From NCBI RefSeq assembly GCF_009909145.1, contig NZ_JAAAPJ010000005.1:464470-528469 (forward strand): 64,000 nucleotides of DNA. Direction: 5' to 3'. The translations under genes and the position numbers were made by a program. This document shows, piece by piece, positions 27,747 through 36,791 of this stretch (positions within the stretch are counted from its first letter, which is position 1; each line of letters opens with the position of its first letter). Below the pieces are notes generated by a model. It was not told the DNA's origin. It did no database searches and worked only from the letters and a program-made list of their open reading frames with translations. The DNA is from Corallococcus silvisoli. Its GTDB lineage: Bacteria > Myxococcota > Myxococcia > Myxococcales > Myxococcaceae.

Positions 27747-28136
27747 TCAGGGCTCCTTCGCCACGTCGGCGGGGATGAGTTCGCGGATGCGGTGGACCAG
27801 CGTGTCCAGCTCCAGCGGCTTCACGAAGTAGTCGGCCGCGCCGACCTCCATGCCGCGCCGCTTGTCCTCCGGGTCTCCCCGCCCGCTGATGAAGATGATG
27901 GGGATGTCCCGGAACTGCTTGTTCTGCTTCACGGCCTGGCACAGCTCGAAGCCGTTGATCCAGGACATGTTCACGTCCAGCAGGATGGCGTGCGGCCGGT
28001 GCAGCTCCAGCGACGCGACGAGGCGCAGGCCGTTGGCCGCGGACGTCACCTCGAACCCCTCGGCCCCTAGGGCCTCGGCGAGCAGCTCGCGCGTGTCCCG
28101 GTCGTCATCGACAATGGTGATCTTCGGTTTCGACAT
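27747..28136 (-). CDS. Single-domain response regulator (CheY-like receiver)
   Basis: KITIVDDDRDTRELL...ILLDVNMSWINGFELCQAVK...IPIIFISGRGD...KPLELD gives a receiver with conserved D residues, T/S and K. Confidence 0.8.
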   Translation of the reverse strand: MSKPKITIVDDDRDTRELLAEALGAEGFEVTSAANGLRLVASLELHRPHAILLDVNMSWINGFELCQAVKQNKQFRDIPIIFISGRGDPEDKRRGMEVGAADYFVKPLELDTLVHRIRELIPADVAKEP

Positions 28137-28163
28137 GCCCGGCCTCCGCCCTTCCCCTGATAC

Positions 28164-28502
28164 CTAGAACGGGACATCGTCCTCCGGTGGCGGACGGGCC
28201 TGCGCGGCCGTCCGGGGAGCAGCCTGGGGAGCAGGCCGTGCCGCCACCGCCAGCGGCGCGACGACCTCCTGGCCGTCCTCGTCCACGAGCAGCTGTTCGA
28301 TGCGCTGCTCGGCCTCCGTCAGGAGCTTCTCGCCCCGGCGCACGAGGCGGATGCCCTCCTCGAATGCCTTGAGCGACTCTTCCAGCGACAGGTCGCCGCT
28401 CTCCAGCCGCGCCACCGTCTCTTCCAGGCGCGACACCACGTCCCCGTACTGCTCGGGAGCGGGTTCCACCTTGGGGTTCTTGTCCGACTTCGCCACGGCC
28501 AT
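28164..28502 (-). CDS. xseB: Exodeoxyribonuclease VII small subunit
   Basis: FEETVARLESGDLSLEESLKAFEEGIRLVRRGEKLLTEAEQRIEQL is the conserved XseB helix-hairpin core. Confidence 0.85.
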   Translation of the reverse strand: MAVAKSDKNPKVEPAPEQYGDVVSRLEETVARLESGDLSLEESLKAFEEGIRLVRRGEKLLTEAEQRIEQLLVDEDGQEVVAPLAVAARPAPQAAPRTAAQARPPPEDDVPF

Positions 28503-28543
28503 CCACCTCCCCGAGCGGGGCGCGGAATGTAGAGGGTGGCCCG

Positions 28544-30262
28544 CTAGCAGTCCACCGGCCCTTTCAAGCCAGTGACCGTGGCTTCGATTTCTTCACACCC
28601 GCCCAGCGTCTGGGCGCCGTGGGCCGCCAGCTTGATGCCCAGCACGTCCCCCACCGCGACGTCCGCCACGGAGCGCACCACCCCTCCGTCCTTCTGTCGG
28701 AACGTCACCGCGTAGCCGCGCGACATCACCTTCAATGGGCTGAGGGCGTCCAGCCGTCCCCCCAAACGTCCGAAATGCGTCTGCGCGGACGCGAGCGCCC
28801 CTCGCTGGAGCTCCAGGAGCCGCGAGCGGGCCAGCGCCACCCTCGCCCGCTCGGACGCCACCCGCGCCGTGGGCGAGGCCCGCTGAAGGCCCAGCCGCGC
28901 GTCCGCCAGCGCGCCCCGCCGCCGGGTCACCCCCGCGCGCGCCGCCTCCGACAGGCGCCTGGCCAGCTTGAGCAGGTGCGCGCGCTGCTCGGACAGCCGC
29001 GTCTGGGGCCGCGCGCGCTGCAGCCGCTCCTGGAGGGCCCGCAGCGTCTCCCGGTGCTCGCGCGTCCGGGGGCGCAGCACGCGCATCATGGCCTCCACCT
29101 GTTCCGACAGGTGCAGCCGCTGCTGGTTCACCGCGCGGCGCGGATCCGCGAGCCTCGCGCGCAGCTGTCCCTGGCGTTCGCGCAGCTCCAGCACCCGCCG
29201 CTCCATGGCGCGGCGCAGGCGCCCGGACTGCGTGGCCAGGGTCAGCTCCAGGTCCGCCAGCACCGGCGCCAGCCGCTCCGCCGCCGCGCTGGGCGTGGGC
29301 GCGCGCAGGTCCGCGACGAAGTCCGCGATGGTGAAGTCAATCTCATGGCCGATGGCGGACACCACCGGCACGGGCGAGGCGAAGATGGCGCGCGCCACCC
29401 GCTCCTCGTTGAACGTCCAGAGGTCCTCCACGGAGCCTCCGCCGCGCGTCACCACGATGACGTCCACGTCGGTGCGCGCGAGCCGCTCGATGGCCCGCGC
29501 CACGTCCTCCGCGGAGCCCTCGCCCTGCACGCGCGCGTCCGCGAGCAGCACGCCCAGCCGGGGGTTGCGCGAGTGCAGCACGCGCAGGAAGTCCTGGAGC
29601 GCCGCGCCGGTGCGGCTGGTGACGACGCCGATGCGCCGGGGCAGGAACGGCACCGGACGCGGAGGCCGCACGCGCCTGTCGCCGATGAGGCCCTCGGCCG
29701 CCAGCCGCTGCTTGAGCTGTTCGAACGCGAGCGCCAGCGCGCCCTCACCCACCGGCTCCAGCCGGGAGATGATGAGGCTGTAGCGGCCCTGCGGCTCGTA
29801 CAGGTCCACGCTGCCCTCGGCCAGCACCTCCATGCCGTCGCGCAGCGCGAAGCGGATCCGCGCCGCCATGGACGCCCACACCTTCGCGTCGATGGAGGCG
29901 TCCACGTCCTTGAGCGTGAAGTACCAGTGGCCGCGCGCGTTGGCGCCCCGGAAGCTGGACACCTCGCCGCGCACCAGCACGCGCGGGAAGCGCGACTCCA
30001 CCGTCTGTTTGATCTGCCGGGTGAGCTCTCCCACCGTCAGCACCGTGCGCTCGGGGCGCGGCGGCGGGAGCGGAGCGGAGGGCGGAGCCGGAGCGAGGTC
30101 CGCCTTCGGCGCGGGCGGAGGGGCCTCGGGCGTCTTCCTGCCAGAGGCGGAGGCCTTCGCCGGAGAGGCGGGGCGCAGGGGCGGCAGGAGCGACGTGCCG
30201 AAGAGGTCGCCCTGCCCCGGCTCGTCGGCCGGGGGCGGCTCCAGCCCCTTGCGCTTCTTCAT
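28544..30262 (-). CDS. xseA: Exodeoxyribonuclease VII large subunit
   Basis: OB-fold N-terminus LTVGELTRQIKQTVESRFPRVLVRGEVSSFRGANARGHWYFTLKD. The catalytic region is RIGVVTSRTGAALQDFL...VIVVTRGGGSVEDLWTFNEE. Start at MKKRKG (ATG at 30262), overlapping the stop of the upstream FHA gene (ATGA). Confidence 0.85.
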   Translation of the reverse strand: MKKRKGLEPPPADEPGQGDLFGTSLLPPLRPASPAKASASGRKTPEAPPPAPKADLAPAPPSAPLPPPRPERTVLTVGELTRQIKQTVESRFPRVLVRGEVSSFRGANARGHWYFTLKDVDASIDAKVWASMAARIRFALRDGMEVLAEGSVDLYEPQGRYSLIISRLEPVGEGALALAFEQLKQRLAAEGLIGDRRVRPPRPVPFLPRRIGVVTSRTGAALQDFLRVLHSRNPRLGVLLADARVQGEGSAEDVARAIERLARTDVDVIVVTRGGGSVEDLWTFNEERVARAIFASPVPVVSAIGHEIDFTIADFVADLRAPTPSAAAERLAPVLADLELTLATQSGRLRRAMERRVLELRERQGQLRARLADPRRAVNQQRLHLSEQVEAMMRVLRPRTREHRETLRALQERLQRARPQTRLSEQRAHLLKLARRLSEAARAGVTRRRGALADARLGLQRASPTARVASERARVALARSRLLELQRGALASAQTHFGRLGGRLDALSPLKVMSRGYAVTFRQKDGGVVRSVADVAVGDVLGIKLAAHGAQTLGGCEEIEATVTGLKGPVDC

Positions 30263-32013
30263 CGCGACAGCTTCTCGACCCAGCCCTGGGCCTTGCCGTG
30301 CAGCTCGTCGTCGGGCGGCGTCATCGCGACGACGTCGCGGAACTTGGGCAGCGCGTCCTCCGGGCTGGAGTCCTTGATGGCGTAGGCCTGGAAGTACAGG
30401 TCCTTCGCCTTGGCCTTGAGGTCGTTGACGATGTTGGCCGCGCCGGTGTGGGCCGGGTCGGCCTGGAGCGCGCGGCGTGCGAACTCCATCGCGCGAGACC
30501 ACTGGCCGGCGGCCTTCGCGCCCGCGGCGCTCTTGTAATAGATGGTCGCCGCGCGGGTGCCCGCGTTGCGCGCCATCTTGCTGCCGCGGCCGTCGGTGAT
30601 GTCCTTGTCCAGCGCCAGCAGCCGGCTCAGGCCCTTGGCGTCCAGGTCCTCCAGCTTCTTGTAGAGGTTCCCGAACTCCGTCACCTGCCCCATGAGCTGC
30701 TTGCACTGGGGTGCCTTGGCCGCGCACGCATTGAGGATGGCCACCGCGCCAGAGACGTCACCGTCGCGGAAGCGGTCCACCGCGGGCTCCCACGGCTTGG
30801 GAGCGGCGGCCACGCGGACGGGATCCGGACGGGTCATGTCCGCGATGACGCGCGCGGCCTCGTCGTTGATCAGCTTGCCATCGCGGTGGTCCGGGAACGT
30901 CGCGAGCACGTCGTCGGTGATGGCCTTGGCCCGCTGCACCGCCTCCAGCTGCCGCATGTCCAGCTGCTGCTTGGCTTCCTTGGTGCGCTTGTCGGCGGCG
31001 TCCACCAGGTTCTTGCGCGCCGTCTTCACCTGCTCATAGAGCTGGGTGTCGCTGCTCACCTTGTCGATGGCCGCCTTCGCGTTGGCGAGCTCACCCTTGC
31101 CCAGGGCCGTCTGCGCGGTGGCCAGGTGCCCCTGGTTGGGGATCTCCCGCTCCGCCGCCTTCAGGTAGTCCTCCACGCCAGGGTAGTCCGGAGCCTGTGA
31201 GTGCAGCTCCTCCAGCTTCGCCTTGGCCTGCGCCCACTGGCCCTCGCGCACCAGGTTCTTGGCCTCCTGGAAGAGGCCCCCCAGCTGCTCGCGGTACTGG
31301 CGCTGCTCGGCCTCGATGCGGCCCTGCTCCTCCTGCTGGTGCCGCATGCGCGAGCGCGCGACGCCCAGGCCTGCGAAGAGCACCACCAGCACGCCCACGG
31401 CGGCGAGCTTGATCCGCATCCGCTTGCGCAGGACCTCCGGCGTCAGCTCCGCGGCCGCGGACGCGCGCGAGGTCTGCGGGCGCGAACGGCCCTCGCCTCG
31501 GGGAGCGGGACGGGCAGGCACCGCGCCGGAGCCGCGGCCACCCGCCGCGGACGGACGGGGACGCGGGCCGGAGGGGGCCTGCACCTTGGCGGTGCTGTTG
31601 GCGGTGTCCTCGTATCGCAGCTCGGAGTCGCCCAGCGTGATGACGTCGCCGTTGGCCAGCAGCGTCTCCTCGCTGATGGGCTCGCCGTTGAGGATGGTGC
31701 CGTTGCCCGACCCCATGTCACTGACCATCCAGCCAGCGGACTCCTTGCGCAGCGTCACGTGCTTGCGGGAGACGGACGTATCCTGGAGGCAGATGGGGTT
31801 GTCGGTGGACCGGCCGACCGTGTACTCGGCGTCGGAGAGCGCGAACTCCTCGCCCTCGCTGGGACCGGCGATGACCACGAGCTTCGCGGGGCGTGCCGCG
31901 GCGGCACCGGCGGTCGACCGGCGGACCGGGGCGCGCTGCCCGGTCCCGGAGGAGGGCGTACCGGACGTAGGCCTTCGGCGGGCGGGAGGAGGGGCGTTCG
32001 ACATGGATTTCAC
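30259..32013 (-). CDS. FHA domain protein with single TM segment and periplasmic TPR-like/helical domain
   Basis: FHA core YTVGRSTDNPICLQDTSVSRKHVTLRKESAGWMVSDMGSGNGTILNGEPI...GDVITLG. TM segment IKLAAVGVLVVLFAGLGVA. A C-terminal helical repeat region of about 330 aa. Confidence 0.7.
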   Translation of the reverse strand: MKSMSNAPPPARRRPTSGTPSSGTGQRAPVRRSTAGAAAARPAKLVVIAGPSEGEEFALSDAEYTVGRSTDNPICLQDTSVSRKHVTLRKESAGWMVSDMGSGNGTILNGEPISEETLLANGDVITLGDSELRYEDTANSTAKVQAPSGPRPRPSAAGGRGSGAVPARPAPRGEGRSRPQTSRASAAAELTPEVLRKRMRIKLAAVGVLVVLFAGLGVARSRMRHQQEEQGRIEAEQRQYREQLGGLFQEAKNLVREGQWAQAKAKLEELHSQAPDYPGVEDYLKAAEREIPNQGHLATAQTALGKGELANAKAAIDKVSSDTQLYEQVKTARKNLVDAADKRTKEAKQQLDMRQLEAVQRAKAITDDVLATFPDHRDGKLINDEAARVIADMTRPDPVRVAAAPKPWEPAVDRFRDGDVSGAVAILNACAAKAPQCKQLMGQVTEFGNLYKKLEDLDAKGLSRLLALDKDITDGRGSKMARNAGTRAATIYYKSAAGAKAAGQWSRAMEFARRALQADPAHTGAANIVNDLKAKAKDLYFQAYAIKDSSPEDALPKFRDVVAMTPPDDELHGKAQGWVEKLSR

Positions 32014-32040
32014 CGCGTCCTACTGAGGGGGGCACGAGCC

Positions 32041-35000
32041 CTAAAGCTCATGCTCATAGGCTTTTTCCAGCGCGAGATTGTGGCAGCGATGCTCGGTGGT
32101 AGGGAAGCGTCTCCGTACGTCTTCCAAGGTCGCGACCGCATCGCGTCGGCTGCGGAACTGAACCGCCCGCTGGAATTGCATCATCAACTGACCGCAGCGG
32201 TGGTCCAGCTCCGTTGAAATCTGGGAGATCCGCTCCCGTACGTCCTCGTACAGGTCCGGCTTCTCGTCGAGCGCTTCCAGGGTGATCCACGCGGCCCGGT
32301 ACTCCCGCCACGCCTTGAAGAGGTTCTCCGCGCCCACATCCTTGAGCTCGTAGAACCGGGCTCCCGCCCGCGCGGACTCCCGAGCCGAAGCGACCAGCTG
32401 ATCCGGCGGCGCCTCGGGTACCGGGATGATCTCCAGCCGGAGGTTCCAGATGCGCCACCGCTCACGGCCGGGCGGATTCAGGGCGTTGTCGAAGAGGAGC
32501 TGGTTGTTCGCGTTGCGGCGCAGGAGGCTGGGGGGAAGGACCTGCTCCAGCTCGCGCTCGGCGGTCTGGGCCGTGTCGGGAGGGACCCAGCCCAGGGACA
32601 CGCCGTTGAGGGAGAGGTTCACCTCATCCCGGGAGATGTCACTCGCCTGGTAGTGCAGCACGGCCACCGCGCGTGTGGGGGACACGAAGCGGAAGTCGAA
32701 GAGCTTGTCGTCGGCGTGGGCCCAACGCACGCCATCGCCCAGGCCGAAGGAGTCCGTCACCGGCTCCAACCCCAGCTTGAACGGCTCACGGCCCGGGAGC
32801 CGGAGGCCCGCGGGGGCCACGGAGACCAGGAGGGCCAGCAACGCCAGCACGCTCAACACCCCGAGCGACGCGAAGCCGATGCGCCGAGGCAGCGACTGAC
32901 GCTGCCAGAAGAGGAGGAACTTGCCGTGCAACGACCGGCCCAGCTGACGCCGCTGCCGGGCCTTGTCGGCGGCGGATGAGGGCGCGACCTTCGCGACGAC
33001 GGTGATGGGTCCCGCGGGCACGGGCTGCGAGGAGGAAGCCTCCAGGTCGTTGACGGGCTCCGTGGTGTCGCCATCCGCCTCTGGTCGAGGATGGAGCGCC
33101 AGCGCGCGGACCTCGCCCGGTAGCAGCCCGGGATCCAGCACCGCGGGCGAAGCGCCCGGAGGCCGGCGCACGAAGGTCACCGGATCCGGCGGAGGGGGCG
33201 GAACCGACGACCCCCAGGCGGCCGACGGTGGCACACCACCCTGGTCGCGGCCGACCGCGGTCACCAGCTCGGGCGAGTCGGGCTCGGCAGGCGAGCCCCA
33301 GGACGACGGTGACACACCGCCCTGGTCGCGGCCGACCGCCGTCACCAGCTCGGGCGAGTCGGGCTCGGCGGGCGAGCTCCAGGACGACGGTGACACACCG
33401 CCCTGGTCGCGGCCCACGAAGGTCACCGGCTCTGGCGAAGGGGGCCCAACGGGCGCACCCCAGGCCGACGGGGGAGCCAACGCGGGAGGCCTGGCCCCAG
33501 GCTCATCCTGGCCCACGAAGGTCACCAGCTCTTCGGCCTCCGCGGGAGGGCCGGAGGGGACTTCGTCGTCCTGACCCACGAAGGTCGCCGGCTCATCGGT
33601 GCCGTTCGTGGGCAGGGCCCCGCTGTGGCGTACGGGCGGAGCGACGAGCGGGCTGACGGGAGTGATGGGCCGGAGGTCGAGCATGGTCCGCTCCTCCGGC
33701 TCATCCATCGTCGATGCGGGGAGCATGGACGGGGCGATGTGCGGGGACGGCTCGGCGACGAGGGATGGGACGTCCGGCGTCGCCGGGATCGCCATCAGCG
33801 TGCGTTCCTCGGGTTCATCGAATCCCGCGAGGGGCAGTTCCGGTGGTGGCGGGAAGCCGGGCTCCGGCGATTCCACGGTGGGAATCGCCATCAGCGTGCG
33901 CTCCTCGGGTTCGTCCGGATCCACCGGGGACAGATCCACGGGAGAAGTCAGGAGGCCGGCGACAGGGGCCTCCCAACCGCGGGGCGCGGAAGCAGGAGGA
34001 GGCGCCTGGGGTGGAGCGACCGGCTGCGGAGGCACGGCGGCCACGACGTTCCGGGGTTCCGGCGTGCGGCCCTGGGTCGGAGTCGAAGCCGCCGGTACGT
34101 TCCTTCGCGGTGCGGACGAGGGCGAAGCAGCGCTGTCCGCGTCACGAGGTTCAGAGAGCGTCGCCGTCGAGGACGCGCGTGCGGCGCCACGCCCCAGATC
34201 GGGACGATTGAGCGCGGGTGCGCCGACCTCGGGCAAGCCAGGGATGGCCTTTCGCCGAGGGGACGCTCCTGGCTGAGGAGGGCCCGACACAGCAGCGCCG
34301 AGCACGGGAGGCTTCGGCAGGACAGGCGCGGCGGAGGCTCCCACCCCGGACACTTCCAGCGCCGTGGAACGGGCCTGCGCGGCGACCCCGGCTGGAACAA
34401 CCGCCAACGACGGACTCCTGCCCGCCGACGAGGCCGCGCCCAGCCCGCCTCCCGACGAGGAGGACCTCCCCGGTGTCGAAGCGCCGACCGGCTGCGGACC
34501 TGGTGCGGAGGGCCTTCCCGATGACGAGCCATCGACGGCTGGCGATCCAGGCCCCGAGGCCCGGGCCTCGGAGGCTCCCCCCGGAGCAGGCGCAACCGGT
34601 CCCCTGTTTGGCGAGGAAGCCCCCAGGATCGGAGGCCCAACGGTGGCCTTGTTCGACGTGGGCGCATCGACCGCGGGCAAACCTGACGCCGACGCCTTCC
34701 CCGAACCGGGCCCCAACACGGGAGGCCCCACGGGAGCACGTCCCGATACCGTGGCTCCCGACATCGAGGCTCCCGGCGCGGAAGCCCCCAACACGGGAGG
34801 CCCCACGGGAGCACGTCCCGATACCGTGGCTCCCGACATCGACGCTCCCGGCGAGGAAGCCCCCAGCATGGGAGGTCCCACGGGAGCACGTCCCGATACC
34901 GTGGCCCCCGACATCGACGCTCCCGGCGCGGAAGCCCCCAATACGGGAGGCCCCCCAGGAATGCGTCCTGGCGCGGACGCACCTGCCGCAGCAGAGCCCG

Positions 35001-35781
35001 AAGCCCCCAGCACCGGAGGTCCCGCGGGAGCACGTCCCGCCGCGGACGCGCCTGCCGCAGCAGAGCCCGAAGCCCCCAACACGGGACCACCCGTCGGTGC
35101 CCGATTGGCCGTGGACGTACCCGCGGACGGAGGACCCGAAGCCCCCAACACGGGACCACCCGTCGGTGCCCGATTGGCCGTGGACGTACCCGCCGAAGCT
35201 CCCGGAACTCCCCCCCCCATCGAGGGAGCGCCCGTGGGTGCCCTGTTCGGCGTCGCGGCGCCTGCCCCTGGTTGAGCCGGAGTGGGAGCGCCGACCGCCG
35301 GAAGATCCGGAGCGGAGGGGCGCTTGGGCGGCGGCACCCGGACCTCGGGCTGCTTCGGCGTGGCGGGCGGAGCTTCCGACATCGCCCCACCCTTCGCGGC
35401 GGGCACGGCCATCCCGGGCCTCGGCGCGAACGCCGGACGCGCCATCGCGGGCATGGACTGCTGGTAGCTCGTGGGCGCCGCTTCGATCTCCGCGAGCGCG
35501 GCCTGCTCCACGCCCTGGGGCGACACCCGTGCGTGCGGCGGCGCGAGCACCCTGCGGATGGGCCGGGTCACATCGTCATCGTCGTCCGGCGGCATCCACA
35601 CGAAGGTGAACTCCACCGGTCCGACGGTGATGCGATCCCCGTCACGCAGCTGCTTCTCGCCCGCCAGCGGCTGGCCGTTGAGCTGCGTGCCGTTCGCGCT
35701 GCCTACGTCCTCGGCGAAGTAGCGCCCATCCCGCGCCGTGATGCGTGCATGCCGCCGGGAGACACCATGGTCATGCAGCAC
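32041..35781 (-). CDS. Giant FHA-domain protein (>=1246 aa) with 25-aa tandem repeats, TM segment and C-terminal globular domain; annotated from GTG but true start probably about 100 nt upstream
   Basis: FHA core (VKIGRTSENDLV)LHDHGVSRRHARITARDGRYFAEDVGSANGTQLNGQPL...GDRITVG. Residues 196-358 are P/G/A-rich repeats (GASMSGATVSGRAPVGPPVLGAS). Downstream are a Pro-rich region, a TM helix (IGFASLGVLSVLALLALLVSVA) and a conserved C-terminal domain of about 300 aa. The first half of the FHA domain (PILLTITQGLQVGRELAFEQAEVKIGRTSENDLV) is encoded in-frame upstream of the annotated GTG, with no ATG/GTG/TTG available. Confidence 0.7.
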   Translation of the reverse strand: MLHDHGVSRRHARITARDGRYFAEDVGSANGTQLNGQPLAGEKQLRDGDRITVGPVEFTFVWMPPDDDDDVTRPIRRVLAPPHARVSPQGVEQAALAEIEAAPTSYQQSMPAMARPAFAPRPGMAVPAAKGGAMSEAPPATPKQPEVRVPPPKRPSAPDLPAVGAPTPAQPGAGAATPNRAPTGAPSMGGGVPGASAGTSTANRAPTGGPVLGASGPPSAGTSTANRAPTGGPVLGASGSAAAGASAAGRAPAGPPVLGASGSAAAGASAPGRIPGGPPVLGASAPGASMSGATVSGRAPVGPPMLGASSPGASMSGATVSGRAPVGPPVLGASAPGASMSGATVSGRAPVGPPVLGPGSGKASASGLPAVDAPTSNKATVGPPILGASSPNRGPVAPAPGGASEARASGPGSPAVDGSSSGRPSAPGPQPVGASTPGRSSSSGGGLGAASSAGRSPSLAVVPAGVAAQARSTALEVSGVGASAAPVLPKPPVLGAAVSGPPQPGASPRRKAIPGLPEVGAPALNRPDLGRGAARASSTATLSEPRDADSAASPSSAPRRNVPAASTPTQGRTPEPRNVVAAVPPQPVAPPQAPPPASAPRGWEAPVAGLLTSPVDLSPVDPDEPEERTLMAIPTVESPEPGFPPPPELPLAGFDEPEERTLMAIPATPDVPSLVAEPSPHIAPSMLPASTMDEPEERTMLDLRPITPVSPLVAPPVRHSGALPTNGTDEPATFVGQDDEVPSGPPAEAEELVTFVGQDEPGARPPALAPPSAWGAPVGPPSPEPVTFVGRDQGGVSPSSWSSPAEPDSPELVTAVGRDQGGVSPSSWGSPAEPDSPELVTAVGRDQGGVPPSAAWGSSVPPPPPDPVTFVRRPPGASPAVLDPGLLPGEVRALALHPRPEADGDTTEPVNDLEASSSQPVPAGPITVVAKVAPSSAADKARQRRQLGRSLHGKFLLFWQRQSLPRRIGFASLGVLSVLALLALLVSVAPAGLRLPGREPFKLGLEPVTDSFGLGDGVRWAHADDKLFDFRFVSPTRAVAVLHYQASDISRDEVNLSLNGVSLGWVPPDTAQTAERELEQVLPPSLLRRNANNQLLFDNALNPPGRERWRIWNLRLEIIPVPEAPPDQLVASARESARAGARFYELKDVGAENLFKAWREYRAAWITLEALDEKPDLYEDVRERISQISTELDHRCGQLMMQFQRAVQFRSRRDAVATLEDVRRRFPTTEHRCHNLALEKAYEHEL
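34708..35196 (-). repeat. Intragenic tandem repeat array: degenerate 75-78 bp units, with three near-identical 75-bp copies at about 34708-34932
   Basis: The unit GGAGGCCCCACGGGAGCACGTCCCGATACCGTGGCTCCCGACATCGA(G/C)GCTCCCGGCG(C/A)GGAAGCCCCCAA(C/T)ACG recurs with fewer than 5 mismatches. The encoded repeat on the minus strand is GASMSGATVSGRAPVGPPVLGASAP. Confidence 0.8.
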
Positions 35782-35887
35782 CAGGTCATTCTCCGAGGTC
35801 CGGCCGATCTTGACCTCGGCCTGCTCGAAGGCGAGCTCCCGTCCAACCTGGAGCCCCTGGGTGATGGTGAGCAGGATGGGCAGAGGA

Positions 35888-36778
35888 CTAGCCCCCGACG
35901 TTCCCGAACATGAACTGGAACACGATGGGCCCGAAGAGCACCATGAACACCGTCGGGAAGATGCAGGCGATGAGCGGGAAGAGCATCTTCACCGGCGCCT
36001 CGCCGGCCAGCTTCTCCGCGCGCTGCGTGCGGTCGATGCGCATCTGCGTGGACTGGATGCGCAGCACCTTGCCCAGGCTCGTGCCCATCTTGTCCGCCTG
36101 GATCAGCGCCGTGACGAAGGTCGTCAACGACGGCAGGTCCACGCGAGCAATCATGCTCTTGAGCCCTTCCTCACGCGTCTTGCCCATCTTGAGCTGCTTG
36201 AGCACCAGCTGCAGCTCCTCGCGCAGCGGCCCCTGGCGGCCCTTCTCCACCACCTTCGCGAGCGCACCCGTGAAGTCCATGCCCGCTTCCACCGACAGCG
36301 TGAGCAGGTCCAGGTTGTACGGAAGCGCGCGGCTGATGGCCAGGTGGCGGCGCTTCACCTGATCGTTCAACCAGATGAGCGGATAGAAGAGCCCCAGCAG
36401 CATCACCAGCAGCGACCAGGCCAGGTTGCCGCCAAGGCCGTTGACGACGAAGAGGCCCGCCAGCAGGGCAAAGAAGGCGCTGACTTCCTGCAGCGCCATG
36501 ATGTCCTCGGGCTTGTACTGCGACGGCTCGCCCGCCTTGATCAGCTTGCGGCGCGTCTTGGACTCGTAGCCCGGCCACATGAAGCGCCGGTTCATCGCGC
36601 CCAGCTTGCGGACGGCGACGGAGCCCGCGCCCTTCACGCCACCCGCGGACTCGTCACGTACCTCCGTGAGGAAGCGTTCGAGGACGTTGGTGTAGAGGCC
36701 GACGCCCAGGAACGCCACCGCGCCCGCAGTGAGCAGTGCCGAGCCGCCCATCAGCAAGAATGTCAGGAAATCCTGCAC
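35888..36778 (-). CDS. tadC: Tad/Flp pilus assembly inner-membrane platform protein TadC (T2SSF domain)
   Basis: GspF/TadC-type T2SSF domain (LPYNLDLLTLSVEAGMDFTGALAKVVEKGRQGPLREELQLVLKQLKMGKTREEGLKSM) flanked by TM helices. 296 aa. Confidence 0.85.
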   Translation of the reverse strand: MQDFLTFLLMGGSALLTAGAVAFLGVGLYTNVLERFLTEVRDESAGGVKGAGSVAVRKLGAMNRRFMWPGYESKTRRKLIKAGEPSQYKPEDIMALQEVSAFFALLAGLFVVNGLGGNLAWSLLVMLLGLFYPLIWLNDQVKRRHLAISRALPYNLDLLTLSVEAGMDFTGALAKVVEKGRQGPLREELQLVLKQLKMGKTREEGLKSMIARVDLPSLTTFVTALIQADKMGTSLGKVLRIQSTQMRIDRTQRAEKLAGEAPVKMLFPLIACIFPTVFMVLFGPIVFQFMFGNVGG

Positions 36779-36791
36779 GGTGCGCCTCGAT

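Noticed and set aside
28619-30385. 588-aa plus-strand ORF
   Set aside because: Antisense to xseA.
33948-35390. 480-aa minus-strand ORF and several 200-460 aa plus-strand ORFs inside 32.9-35.6 kb
   Set aside because: They lie within the repeat-rich part of the giant FHA gene in alternative frames. The repeats generate long open frames in all phases. Only the FHA frame connects conserved N- and C-terminal domains.
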